Notes under the pieces: model-generated | Told to the model about the DNA's origin: nothing | Database searches by the model: none | What the model saw: the letters and a program-made list of their open reading frames with translations, nothing else | Assembly (NCBI GenBank): GCA_049284575.1 | Contig: JBAPYE010000325.1 | Coordinates: 1-46,716 of the forward strand | Origin: Desulfobacterales bacterium | Lineage (GTDB): Bacteria; Desulfobacterota; Desulfobacteria; Desulfobacterales; JAABRJ01 | Reading direction: 5' to 3' | DNA: 46,716 nucleotides | In this document: positions 10,658-19,769 of the stretch, in pieces | Numbering within the stretch: position 1 is the first letter of the stretch | Layout: every line of letters starts with the position of its first letter | Translations under genes and position numbers: made by a program

Positions 10658-11908
10658 TTATCTAGCGTTCATCGAATCCATGAAATGTTGATTATCTCGC
10701 GTACCGCTCATCTTATCAAGCAAAAATTCCAGGCTGTCAATAGGATTCAATGACGAGAGGAGCTTCCGCAGGATCCAGACCCGGTTGAGCGTTTCCTGGG
10801 GCAGCAGCAGCTCTTCCTTGCGGGTTCCGGATTTATTGATATCGATCGCGGGAAAAAGCCGCTTGTCGGACAGGCGCCGATCCAGCTGGATTTCCATGTT
10901 ACCCGTCCCTTTGAACTCTTCAAAGATCACCTCGTCCATCCGGCTGCCCGTATCGATCAGCGCGGTGGCGATGATGGTCAGGCTGCCGCCTTCCTCAATG
11001 TTGCGGGCGGCGCCAAAAAACCGCTTGGGTCGCTGCAGCGCGTTGGAATCCACACCGCCGGAGAGAATTTTGCCGCTGGGGGGCATCACCGAGTTGTAGG
11101 CCCGGGCGAGTCGGGTAATGCTGTCGAGCAGGATGATCACGTCCTTTTTGTGCTCCACCAGACGCTTGGCCTTCTCGATGACCATCTCGGCCACCTGCAC
11201 GTGCCGCTCGGCGGGCTCGTCGAAGGTCGAGCTGATGACTTCCGCCTCCACCGAGCGTTCCATGTCGGTGACCTCCTCGGGGCGCTCGTCGATCAGAAGC
11301 ACAAACATCACAATTTCCTTGTGATTGGTGACGATGGCATTCGCGACGGCCTGCAGGAGCATCGTCTTACCGGACCTGGGCGGTGAAACGATCAGCCCCC
11401 GTTGGCCGAAACCGATGGGCGTCATCAGGTCCATGATCCGGGTGGAATACTTGTCCGGTTCGGTTTCAAGGTTGATCTTGCGGTCAGGGTAAAGGGGCGT
11501 GAGGTTGTCAAAAAGAATTTTCTCCCGGGCGATCTCGGGATCTTCATAGTTGATGGCCTCGACCTTCAGAAGCGCGAAGTATCGCTCCGATTCTTTGGGC
11601 TGCCGAATTTGGCCCGACACGGTATCACCGGTTCGCAGATTGAAACGACGAATCTGGGAGGGTGATACGTATATATCGTCCGGCCCGGGCAGATAGTTGT
11701 AGTCCGGCGCCCGCAAAAACCCGAACCCGTCCGGCAGGATTTCAAGCGTCCCTTCCCCGTAGATCATACCGTCTTTTTCGATTTGAGCTTGCAGGAGCGA
11801 AAAGATAAGCTCCTGTTTGCGCATGCCGGCGGCCCCGTCAATATGAAACCGTTTGGCCATCTGGGTAAGTTCGCTGATTTTTTTGTCTTTCAATTCGACG
11901 ATGTTCAT
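10658..11908 (-). CDS. rho: Transcription termination factor Rho
   Basis: 416 aa. N-terminal [17 protein letters not shown]-binding GFGFLR and Walker [12 protein letters not shown]. Confidence 0.97.
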   Translation of the reverse strand: MNIVELKDKKISELTQMAKRFHIDGAAGMRKQELIFSLLQAQIEKDGMIYGEGTLEILPDGFGFLRAPDYNYLPGPDDIYVSPSQIRRFNLRTGDTVSGQIRQPKESERYFALLKVEAINYEDPEIAREKILFDNLTPLYPDRKINLETEPDKYSTRIMDLMTPIGFGQRGLIVSPPRSGKTMLLQAVANAIVTNHKEIVMFVLLIDERPEEVTDMERSVEAEVISSTFDEPAERHVQVAEMVIEKAKRLVEHKKDVIILLDSITRLARAYNSVMPPSGKILSGGVDSNALQRPKRFFGAARNIEEGGSLTIIATALIDTGSRMDEVIFEEFKGTGNMEIQLDRRLSDKRLFPAIDINKSGTRKEELLLPQETLNRVWILRKLLSSLNPIDSLEFLLDKMSGTRDNQHFMDSMNAR

Positions 11909-12405
11909 GAACGTTTCGCTCCGCTAATTAGTATCCTGATAGAAGACGGGTTAGGATTCTGAGAGAAAAGAGTTAAGACCGCTCACACTTCTCTTTTGGC
12001 CCGTCTGCTGCGCCGCCGTCACGATTTGGACAGGCACTGGCGGCAAATCTGTTTTTCAGTTGCAACGGCAGCCGGCGCCATCTTGCGCGAGAGGTTTTGC
12101 GGCGACCTGGTGACCCGGACCAATACCCGTGTGAATAGGTGAAAATCCCGGGAATCTTTCAAAGCGGTCGCCGATGCTGCGGTATCAGTTTCCGGGGTGA
12201 CATGCGGCACACCCCAGACCTGCCTGGTTTTCTGGAGATAATCAAGAACACCTAAGACCCAAGGGGTTGCGTCCACGCTGTAGGCCTGTTGAGCGGACCG
12301 AAAATTTTTGGCGGTCGACATTGAGAGGCTGAGAATACAGCGAATTGTCTGGTGAATGCAGTAGGGTAGTTAATTCCATCAGGCGGGTTTAAAGATTTCC
12401 GAAAA

Positions 12406-12432
12406 GATATAACGGGTTATTTTTGATGTCAA
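12406..12432 (-). promoter_or_regulatory. Candidate sigma70 promoter for rho (would give a ~490-nt leader)
   Basis: The minus strand reads TTGACA (12432-12427), a 15-nt spacer, then TATATC (12411-12406), inside an AT-rich patch. The spacer is shorter than optimal. Confidence 0.3.
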
Positions 12433-12539
12433 GCGCTTTTCAACCGGCATTCGTTTTTTTAAACCCTCACCAAAGACACAAAAAAGTGCGAACAAACGCC
12501 TCAATGCCCCCGATGCCTGCCGGCACCCCAGCGCCCGAA

Positions 12540-12568
12540 TTGCATTCCACGACCGCTCATGATAGAAA
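12540..12568 (+). promoter_or_regulatory. Candidate extended -10 promoter for the cca-type gene
   Basis: TTGCAT (12540-12545), 17 nt, then TGaTAGAAA (TG at 12560-12561, -10 at 12563-12568), about 75 nt upstream of ATG 12646. Confidence 0.3.
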
Positions 12569-12645
12569 AATTTTCGTTCTCGTGTATCCGCAACCGCGTC
12601 AGCCGCCCCTTGGCCTGACCTGCCGATGGAAAGGTCCTCCCCAAG

Positions 12646-14043
12646 ATGCCGCTTTCAGCTATTTTGGACTTGCTGCCAGACACCGAGGGCGCCTATCTGG
12701 TCGGCGGCACCGTCCGTGATATCCTTATCGGCCGAGCCCCCCGGGACATTGACATCGGCGTTGCCCGGGATGCCCGCCACTTTGCGGCCGGACTGGCCGA
12801 GGGCGCCGGAGGGCACCTGGTGACAATGGGCACCCCCGGTAAAACGGTGTATCGGGTGGTGGCCGATGGTCGGATCTATGATATCACCCCGCTGGCCGGG
12901 CAGAGCCTTGAGGAGGATCTCGGTCGTCGCGACTTTACCATCAATGCCATGGCGATCGCGCTACGGAGCCGAATCCTGACCGATTTGCACGGCGGGCGGC
13001 ACGATCTTCGGACCCGGACCATCCGGATGGTGCACCCTTCTGTTTTCCGCCGGGACCCCATCCGGCTGCTGCGGGCCTACCGCTGCGGGGCAAATCTGAA
13101 CTTCAAGATCGACGCGCCCACCGCTCGTCTGATCGCCCGGCAGGCCGGGCTGATAACGAATGCCGCGGCTGAACGCATCCGCGAAGAATTATTCAAGACG
13201 TTTCAATCGCCCCGAAGCCACCCCTATCTCACGCACATGGCGGCAACCGGCCTTCTGTTTCACCTTTTTCCCGAGCTTAAGGCACTGCAGGCCTGCCGAC
13301 AGGATCCGACGGTTCACCGTTTTGACGCCTGGACGCACACTCTCGCAGCTTTCGATGAACTCGAGGTACTCCTGAACCAACCGCCCCAGGCCATCGCGGG
13401 TTTCGTGGACCTCAGCCGCCAGGTGACGGCCTGCCTGAAAACAGCGCTGCTGCTGCACGACATCGGCAAGCCCGGCACGCGTTCGACCGACCCCACGGGC
13501 GGGATCCATTTTTACGGCCACGCCAAAACCGGTGCGGCCATGACGAACCGAATTGCCGAACGCTTCCGGCTCTCCGCCCGTGAGCGGACTTTTATCGGCT
13601 TCATCGTCGGCAACCACCTGCGCCCCCTGCACCTTTTTAATCTGTGGATCCGCGAGCGGCTGTCACCCAAAGCTCAGACCCGGTTTTTCATGCACTGCGC
13701 CGACCTGACGCCGCCCCTGCTGCTGCACGCCCTCGCCGACATGTGCGCCAAGAACGGTGAGCGCGGCGCCAGCGGGGCTTTTGCGCGATTTATCTACAGC
13801 CAGCTCAAGGCCTTTGCGGCAACCTACACCCCCCGCAAAGCCGCCCGCCCCCTGATCACCGGGCACGACCTGATCGCGGTCTTGCAGTTGTCGCCGTCGC
13901 CGGTTTTCAAGAAGGTATTGGATTTTGTCGCTGAAAAGCAGCTCTCAGGAGAGATTCAAACCAGGGAAGCGGCCCTTGCAGCCGCAAAGGCTTTTCTAAA
14001 GCGCCTGCCGGAAGAAACCAAGGGGAAGGCCCTTGCCACCTGA
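12646..14043 (+). CDS. cca: tRNA nucleotidyltransferase (CCA-adding enzyme / poly(A) polymerase family) with HD domain
   Basis: 465 aa. GGTVRDILIGRAPRDIDI nucleotidyltransferase motif and an LLHDIGKP HD motif. The CCA versus CC/A-adding subtype cannot be told by eye. Confidence 0.85.
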   Translation: MPLSAILDLLPDTEGAYLVGGTVRDILIGRAPRDIDIGVARDARHFAAGLAEGAGGHLVTMGTPGKTVYRVVADGRIYDITPLAGQSLEEDLGRRDFTINAMAIALRSRILTDLHGGRHDLRTRTIRMVHPSVFRRDPIRLLRAYRCGANLNFKIDAPTARLIARQAGLITNAAAERIREELFKTFQSPRSHPYLTHMAATGLLFHLFPELKALQACRQDPTVHRFDAWTHTLAAFDELEVLLNQPPQAIAGFVDLSRQVTACLKTALLLHDIGKPGTRSTDPTGGIHFYGHAKTGAAMTNRIAERFRLSARERTFIGFIVGNHLRPLHLFNLWIRERLSPKAQTRFFMHCADLTPPLLLHALADMCAKNGERGASGAFARFIYSQLKAFAATYTPRKAARPLITGHDLIAVLQLSPSPVFKKVLDFVAEKQLSGEIQTREAALAAAKAFLKRLPEETKGKALAT

Positions 14044-14083
14044 AGGCGGAAAGGGCCCTTGAAGCCGAAAAATCCGGAAAAAA

Positions 14084-14848
<765 letters not shown>

Positions 14849-14900
14849 GGCAATTAGCCCCCAGCCCAAAGCTCCCGGTGTTCCGGCCTCACTTTTTTGC

Positions 14901-14929
14901 TTGCCAAAGTCTTTTAATTCCAGTATAGG
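14901..14929 (+). promoter_or_regulatory. Candidate sigma70 promoter for rpsU
   Basis: TTGCCA (14901-14906), 17 nt, then TATAGG (14924-14929), in the AT-rich adk/rpsU divergent spacer. Confidence 0.3.
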
Positions 14930-15022
14930 ATTTCATTTATAAAATTTCGAAGAAATAAAATAACCATCAAAGCGGCATCCGCAGTGATCGACCGCCCGGT
15001 GGATAGAAAGGGGCGATAAGGG

Positions 15023-15229
15023 TTGAAGGAAATTACAGTCAAGGTCTTGGATAACGACCTCGAAAAAGCGATGCGTATTCTGAAGAAGAAAATCCAGAAC
15101 GACGGCCTTTTCAAGCGGTTGAAGCTCAAAAAAAGCTATGAGAAACCAAGCGAGTATCGGCGGCGCAAAGAGCGTGAAGCCGTTCGCCGGCAGCGGATTG
15201 CAGCCGCCAGGAAACGATTCCGTCGATAA
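15023..15229 (+). CDS. rpsU: 30S ribosomal protein S21 (TTG start)
   Basis: 68 aa, basic S21-like sequence (KEITVKV..EKAMRILKKKIQNDGLFKRLK..YEKPSE.RRRK). The TTG at 15023 follows an in-frame TAA. The first in-frame ATG is too far inside the protein. Confidence 0.9.
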   Translation: MKEITVKVLDNDLEKAMRILKKKIQNDGLFKRLKLKKSYEKPSEYRRRKEREAVRRQRIAAARKRFRR

Positions 15230-15258
15230 ATCCGATCGCAACCAGTCAAACGAACGCA

Positions 15259-15293
15259 CCCGGCAGGCATCTCCGTCTTGCCGGGTTTTTTTT
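15259..15293 (+). terminator. Intrinsic terminator after rpsU
   Basis: CCCGGCA...TGCCGGG stem followed by T8 (15286-15293). The T-tract runs into the folC start region. Confidence 0.7.
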
Positions 15294-15297
15294 GAAG

Positions 15298-16590
15298 ATG
15301 GGAATCCGCGACACTTACAACGACTGCCTGCAAGAGATGTACGGGTTGCGGCGATTTGGCATCAAGCTGGGCCTTGATACGATCCGCCGCATCCTCCAGG
15401 CAATGCAAAATCCGCAGGAGCGCTTTGCCGCCGTTCACGTTGCCGGCACCAACGGCAAAGGATCGATCGCCTCCGCCCTGGCGGCCATTCTAAAGGCGGC
15501 CGGTCTGCGGGCGGGCCTTTACACCTCCCCCCACCTGGTGCACTTCAACGAACGGATCTGCATCGACGGCGAACAGATTTCCGACGAGGAGGTGATTGCG
15601 TCCTACCGGGCGGTCAAAGCGGCGGCCCCCGACGAACGCGAGCCTACATTCTTCGAGTATGCCACCGCCATGGCGTTTCACGCCTTTCGCCAACGAGAGG
15701 TGGACTGGGCGGTGATCGAAACCGGCATGGGCGGCCGCCTCGATGCCACCAACATCATTGCTCCGGCCCTGTCCATCATCTCCAACGTTTCCATCGAACA
15801 TGAAATGTATCTCGGCAACACCCTGGCCAAGATTGCCGCCGAAAAAGGCGGCATCATCAAGCCGGCGACCCCGGTCGTCACCGGGGTCAGGCAGGCACCG
15901 GCCGTCAGGGTGCTGGAGGCCATTGCGCAAGAGCGCAACGCCCCGCTCTTCCGAATGGGAAAAGATTTCCGCGTCCGCCGGGGGGCCGACGGAACGTTTA
16001 CCTACTTCGGGATTGAAAACGTCTGGCACGACATGCGCACCGGGCTTCCCGGCAGCTACCAGGTCGACAACGCCGGGATTGTGCTGGCGGCCTGCGAGCT
16101 GCTCAATCAAAGCACGCGGGTCGACATTTCTCTAAACGCCATTCGGGAAGGTTTTGCCCAAAGAATCTGGCCCGGCCGTTTGGAAGTCGTTGCCGCCGAC
16201 CCGATGGTCATTTTAGACGGCGCCCACAACCGTATCGCCGCCAAAAACCTGGCCGCCTATCTGACCCACACCCTCTCGGGCCGGAAGATCACCCTGGTCG
16301 TGGGAATTCTCAGTGACAAACCTTACCGGGCAATGCTGAAAAGCCTCCTGCCGGTCTGCGACCGGGTGATCTTGACACGCCCCCGGATTGAGCGGGCGCT
16401 GGCCCCGGAAAAATTATACGACGCCGCCCGCGACCTGATCGATGACATCACCCTCAAGCCGGACGTGGCCTCCGCACTGCACTATGCCCTGGAGAGCGCC
16501 GCACCCGGTGAGGTCATTTGCGTGGGCGGATCGCTTTACATGGTCGGCGATGCCAAATCGGCGCTGGAACACATGGACCTGAGGCGTTAG
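15298..16590 (+). CDS. folC: Bifunctional folylpolyglutamate synthase / dihydrofolate synthase
   Basis: Mur-ligase P-loop HVAGTNGKGS; DGAHN. ATG at 15298 (the ORF track begins at TTG 15292). Confidence 0.9.
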   Translation: MGIRDTYNDCLQEMYGLRRFGIKLGLDTIRRILQAMQNPQERFAAVHVAGTNGKGSIASALAAILKAAGLRAGLYTSPHLVHFNERICIDGEQISDEEVIASYRAVKAAAPDEREPTFFEYATAMAFHAFRQREVDWAVIETGMGGRLDATNIIAPALSIISNVSIEHEMYLGNTLAKIAAEKGGIIKPATPVVTGVRQAPAVRVLEAIAQERNAPLFRMGKDFRVRRGADGTFTYFGIENVWHDMRTGLPGSYQVDNAGIVLAACELLNQSTRVDISLNAIREGFAQRIWPGRLEVVAADPMVILDGAHNRIAAKNLAAYLTHTLSGRKITLVVGILSDKPYRAMLKSLLPVCDRVILTRPRIERALAPEKLYDAARDLIDDITLKPDVASALHYALESAAPGEVICVGGSLYMVGDAKSALEHMDLRR

Positions 16591-16642
16591 CCAGACCGCC
16601 ACGCCAGGCGCGTCCCGCCCGAAAACCGGTTTACTTTCAGGG

Positions 16643-16671
16643 TTGACTTCCACCGGCGCATCCATTAAATA
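16643..16671 (+). promoter_or_regulatory. Candidate sigma70 promoter for tRNA-Arg
   Basis: TTGACT (16643-16648), 17 nt, then TAAATA (16666-16671), about 45 nt upstream of the tRNA 5' end. Confidence 0.5.
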
Positions 16672-16718
16672 CTCCTCAACCGTGCCGCCGCCGCACGCTC
16701 CCCCACCCGCCCCGCCAT

Positions 16719-16794
16719 GCGCCCGTAGCCCAGGGGATAGGGCGTCAGCCTCCGGAGCTGGAGATCGCAGGTTCGAATCCTGCCGGGCGCACCA
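16719..16794 (+). tRNA. tRNA-Arg (anticodon CCG), CCA encoded
   Basis: Hand-folded cloverleaf. Acceptor GCGCCCG/CGGGCGC, D arm GCCC-AGGGGATA-GGGC, anticodon arm TCAGC-CTCCGGA-GCTGG, T arm GCAGG-TTCGAAT-CCTGC, then ACCA. Confidence 0.95.
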
Positions 16795-16797
16795 GAC

Positions 16798-16854
16798 ATA
16801 AAAAACCAAAAGAAGGGCCGGAGAGAGATCCCGGCCCTTCTTTTGGTTTTTTTT
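16798..16854. terminator. Bidirectional intrinsic terminator
   Basis: 21-bp perfect inverted repeat AAAAACCAAAAGAAGGGCCGG / CCGGCCCTTCTTTTGGTTTTT with a 9-nt loop. An A-run on one side and a T-run on the other let it serve the tRNA (+) and the 16890-17642 gene (-). Confidence 0.85.
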
Positions 16855-16889
16855 ACTCCGCCCTTCGCAACCGATCCATCCGGTATTCT

Positions 16890-17642
16890 TCAGGGCTCGC
16901 GCACACACACCGTGACCCCGGCGCTGGCCGGGAACATCGTCATCAGGGCGCGCGTATCGCCGTTTTGAACCGCCGCCAGGAGCTTTTCGACGGTGGCCGT
17001 CTCCCGGCGGGTGGGCGCGTCCCGCGCGGCGGACTGTTTTTTCTTGCTGCGCAGACCCTCCAGCTCGCCCCGCAGGGCCCGCGCCTCGGCCTGGAGCTTG
17101 TGCACCTGCCCGCCGGCGGGGTTGATGGCAGCGGCCTTGCGCCAGGAGCCCCACAGGGGGGCCCAGTTTTTAGGCGCCGGCTTACATTTCCCCGGGTGGC
17201 AAATATCCAGCAAGGTCTGAACCTGTCGGAATTCCCGTTGTTTGATCTGCAAGGTTTTAAGAAGCCGGTTTCTTTGGCGCTTGACCCTTTTGATTTCGCC
17301 GTAGAGCTGGCGCCATGAAATCAGGTTGATCTTGTGGAGTACGCGGGCCTCCTGAATTTTCTCCTCCACCGGGGCCAACTTTGCTTCGACCAATCGCATT
17401 TCCCGCTTCCTGCTGCCTAAAACCGCTTCCACCCGCGCCCTCAGCGGTGCCAGGCGGGCAGTCAGGTCCGCCAGCACTTTTTCATTTTCCGTCAACAGGC
17501 CGGCAAAGCGCGTAACGGAAATAAACTCGCGGTGGTCTTTCAATCGCTCGATTTTTATCCGGGTTTCCCGATAGAGGGTTGCCAGCTTGCGATAACGGGT
17601 GTAGAGCTCTTCATCGACGTGGGGTTCGGGTTCAACCGTCAT
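16890..17642 (-). CDS. Hypothetical coiled-coil protein (250 aa), no recognisable domain
   Basis: Open frame with genome-like codon bias. An agaggtg RBS lies 4-5 nt before ATG 17642 (the ORF-track start 17657 is a TTG). Heptad-like charged repeats and a CHPGKCKP motif. It ends at the bidirectional terminator. Confidence 0.6.
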   Translation of the reverse strand: MTVEPEPHVDEELYTRYRKLATLYRETRIKIERLKDHREFISVTRFAGLLTENEKVLADLTARLAPLRARVEAVLGSRKREMRLVEAKLAPVEEKIQEARVLHKINLISWRQLYGEIKRVKRQRNRLLKTLQIKQREFRQVQTLLDICHPGKCKPAPKNWAPLWGSWRKAAAINPAGGQVHKLQAEARALRGELEGLRSKKKQSAARDAPTRRETATVEKLLAAVQNGDTRALMTMFPASAGVTVCVREP

Positions 17643-17958
17643 GTTCACCTCTTGCACTTTTTTATCCCGCTGGTGGCAGCCGTCCCCGTCAGGGGCGAGG
17701 GCTTTTCAGCCACGCCGCAGCCGCTGTCAGGCGGATGGGGATGGCCGGGGCCGTTGCAGAGTTAACCACAGACCGGATGCTCTTGCAATATCCACTCCAC
17801 CCTGACCGATGGTATGAATCCTGCCTTGGTTCGCAGGCCGTTGATCACGACGGGTGTTTTTCAGGGACCCCCAAGCTGACACGGGGTGGCCATCGGCTGC
17901 CGCAAAATGTCACCGGCGTTTGGGGGGCCGGCCCCGCCTGTCGGACGCCGCGGCCGGC

Positions 17959-17987
17959 TTGAATTTCAAAATGGGTGTGATTATTAT
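17959..17987 (+). promoter_or_regulatory. Candidate sigma70 promoter abutting the ClpX-like start codon (leaderless geometry)
   Basis: TTGAAT (17959-17964), 17 nt, then TATTAT (17982-17987). The ATG at 17996 is only 8 nt downstream, and no Shine-Dalgarno lies between. Confidence 0.4.
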
Positions 17988-17995
17988 TTAAACCT

Positions 17996-19765
17996 ATGAA
18001 TCCATCAGATCCAAAAGCCATCACGCCCAAAGAGATTGAGCAGGAGATGGCCCAGCTCCTGTCTAAAAAGTTCGGCGACAGCGTTCGGATCGTTTCCCCT
18101 GTAGCGAATCCCCAAAACGTCGAAACCGAATCCGTCGGGTTGAGGCCCCTTCCCTCGCCCGTTGATTTCGACCTCAAACCCGAGGACCTGGTCGCTTTTC
18201 TCGACCAATACATCGTCAAGCAGGATCTGGCCAAAACCGTCCTGGCGACTAAAATCTGCACCCATTTCAACCGCATTAAGCACATGGCCGGCTCCCCGGA
18301 TGATTTTGGCGACATGGTGGGCGGCATCAAGAACAACGTCCTGATGCTCGGCCCCACGGGGGTTGGCAAGACCTACATGATCCGTTTGATTGCCAAAAAA
18401 ATCGGGGTGCCGATGGTCAAGGGGGATGCCACCAAGTTCAGTGAAACCGGCTATGTCGGCGGTGACGTCGAAGACCTGGTGCGTGATCTGGTGCGCGAAG
18501 CCGATGGTGACATCGAACGGGCCCAGTTCGGCATCATTTACATCGACGAGATCGATAAAATCGCCTCCAGCCGGAACGTCATCGGTGCCGACGTTTCCCG
18601 CACGGGGGTCCAGCGCGCACTCCTGAAACCGCTCGAAGAAACCGATGTGGATCTCAAAGTGCCCCACGACCCGATCTCCATGATTCAAGAGATCGAGCGC
18701 TTTCGCAAGACCGGCAAACGGGAAAAAGCGACCGTCAATACCCGCCACATCCTGTTCATTGTCAGCGGCGCATTTTCGGAGCTGAGCGAGATCATTCAAA
18801 AGCGGGTTGCCGAGCAGGGCATCGGGTTCGGGGCGAGTGTGAGCAAACCGACGCACGACACCCGCCTGTTGCGGCACCTGAGATCCGAAGACCTGATCCA
18901 GTTCGGATTCGAATCCGAATTCGTCGGCAGGCTGCCGGTGCGTGCGGTTTTTGAAAGTCTCAAGCGCGAGGACCTCTTTGCCATCCTCAAAAGCCCCAAC
19001 AACCCCATCGTCCTCGGTAAAAAGCTGGATTTTGCCGCCTACGGCATCGCCATCAAATTCAGCGACGAAGCCCTCCGCTTGCTGGCCGCTCGCGCTTTCG
19101 AAGAGCGCACCGGCGCAAGAGGGCTGGTCAGTGCGGTGGAGCAGGCGCTGCTGCTGTTTGAAAGACGTCTGCCGTCGACGGACATTCAACAGTTCCCGGT
19201 CACCGAGGCCGTTATCAAAACGCCGGATGCGGTCCTGGCGCGATGGCTGGCGTCCCCCGGGGACCCGGAGCGTGCGCTTGATTTCGAGCGTATCGCGCAG
19301 GCCGAAATCGCCTACGTCCAAGACTATATCCGCGCCAACAACCGCACCTTGACAGACCGGCACAACCTGACCCTCACCGAATCGCGCATCGCCTTGGCCG
19401 CCGCGCATTACGCCGGTCGTCTGCAGGATGTGGGCGGGGTGCTTCGCAAAATCAAGGCCCTTATCGATGAAACCAAAAGTATCGAACTGAATTTTTTCAA
19501 ACGTCATGATATCAACATCGTTCTCGAAGAAGAGGCCATCGACTTTGTGATCGGGCAGTTTTTAACCGCCGCCCTCACGCCGGATGAATTGGGCCGCAAA
19601 CTCTCCGCCGACTTTGAATTGGGTCTCAAGCTGGTGCAGGAAAAATCGGGGAAAAACCGTTTTTTTATATCCAAGCAGGCCCTGCTCGCCCCCGAAGAGT
19701 ATCTCAACAACCTGATCAAGAGCGAATTGCGCCAGGTTTCGGACGCACAATTCGAAAGGACCTAA
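17996..19765 (+). CDS. ClpX-family AAA+ unfoldase paralogue lacking the N-terminal zinc finger, with a ~190-aa C-terminal extension
   Basis: 589 aa. Walker A GPTGVGKT, pore loop ETGYVGGDVE, Walker B IIYIDEIDKI, IGF-loop QGIGFGAS, sensor-2 TGARGL. There is no Cys in the first ~55 aa. A long unrecognised tail follows ..FERRLPS. Confidence 0.85.
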   Translation: MNPSDPKAITPKEIEQEMAQLLSKKFGDSVRIVSPVANPQNVETESVGLRPLPSPVDFDLKPEDLVAFLDQYIVKQDLAKTVLATKICTHFNRIKHMAGSPDDFGDMVGGIKNNVLMLGPTGVGKTYMIRLIAKKIGVPMVKGDATKFSETGYVGGDVEDLVRDLVREADGDIERAQFGIIYIDEIDKIASSRNVIGADVSRTGVQRALLKPLEETDVDLKVPHDPISMIQEIERFRKTGKREKATVNTRHILFIVSGAFSELSEIIQKRVAEQGIGFGASVSKPTHDTRLLRHLRSEDLIQFGFESEFVGRLPVRAVFESLKREDLFAILKSPNNPIVLGKKLDFAAYGIAIKFSDEALRLLAARAFEERTGARGLVSAVEQALLLFERRLPSTDIQQFPVTEAVIKTPDAVLARWLASPGDPERALDFERIAQAEIAYVQDYIRANNRTLTDRHNLTLTESRIALAAAHYAGRLQDVGGVLRKIKALIDETKSIELNFFKRHDINIVLEEEAIDFVIGQFLTAALTPDELGRKLSADFELGLKLVQEKSGKNRFFISKQALLAPEEYLNNLIKSELRQVSDAQFERT

Positions 19766-19769
19766 TGCG

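Noticed and set aside
12019-12321. 100-aa minus-strand ORF in the rho upstream region
   Set aside because: No Shine-Dalgarno precedes the ATG. Third-position GC is weaker than in neighbouring genes, and several rare codons are present. It is more likely part of the rho leader. It is kept only as a possibility in the rho-leader finding.
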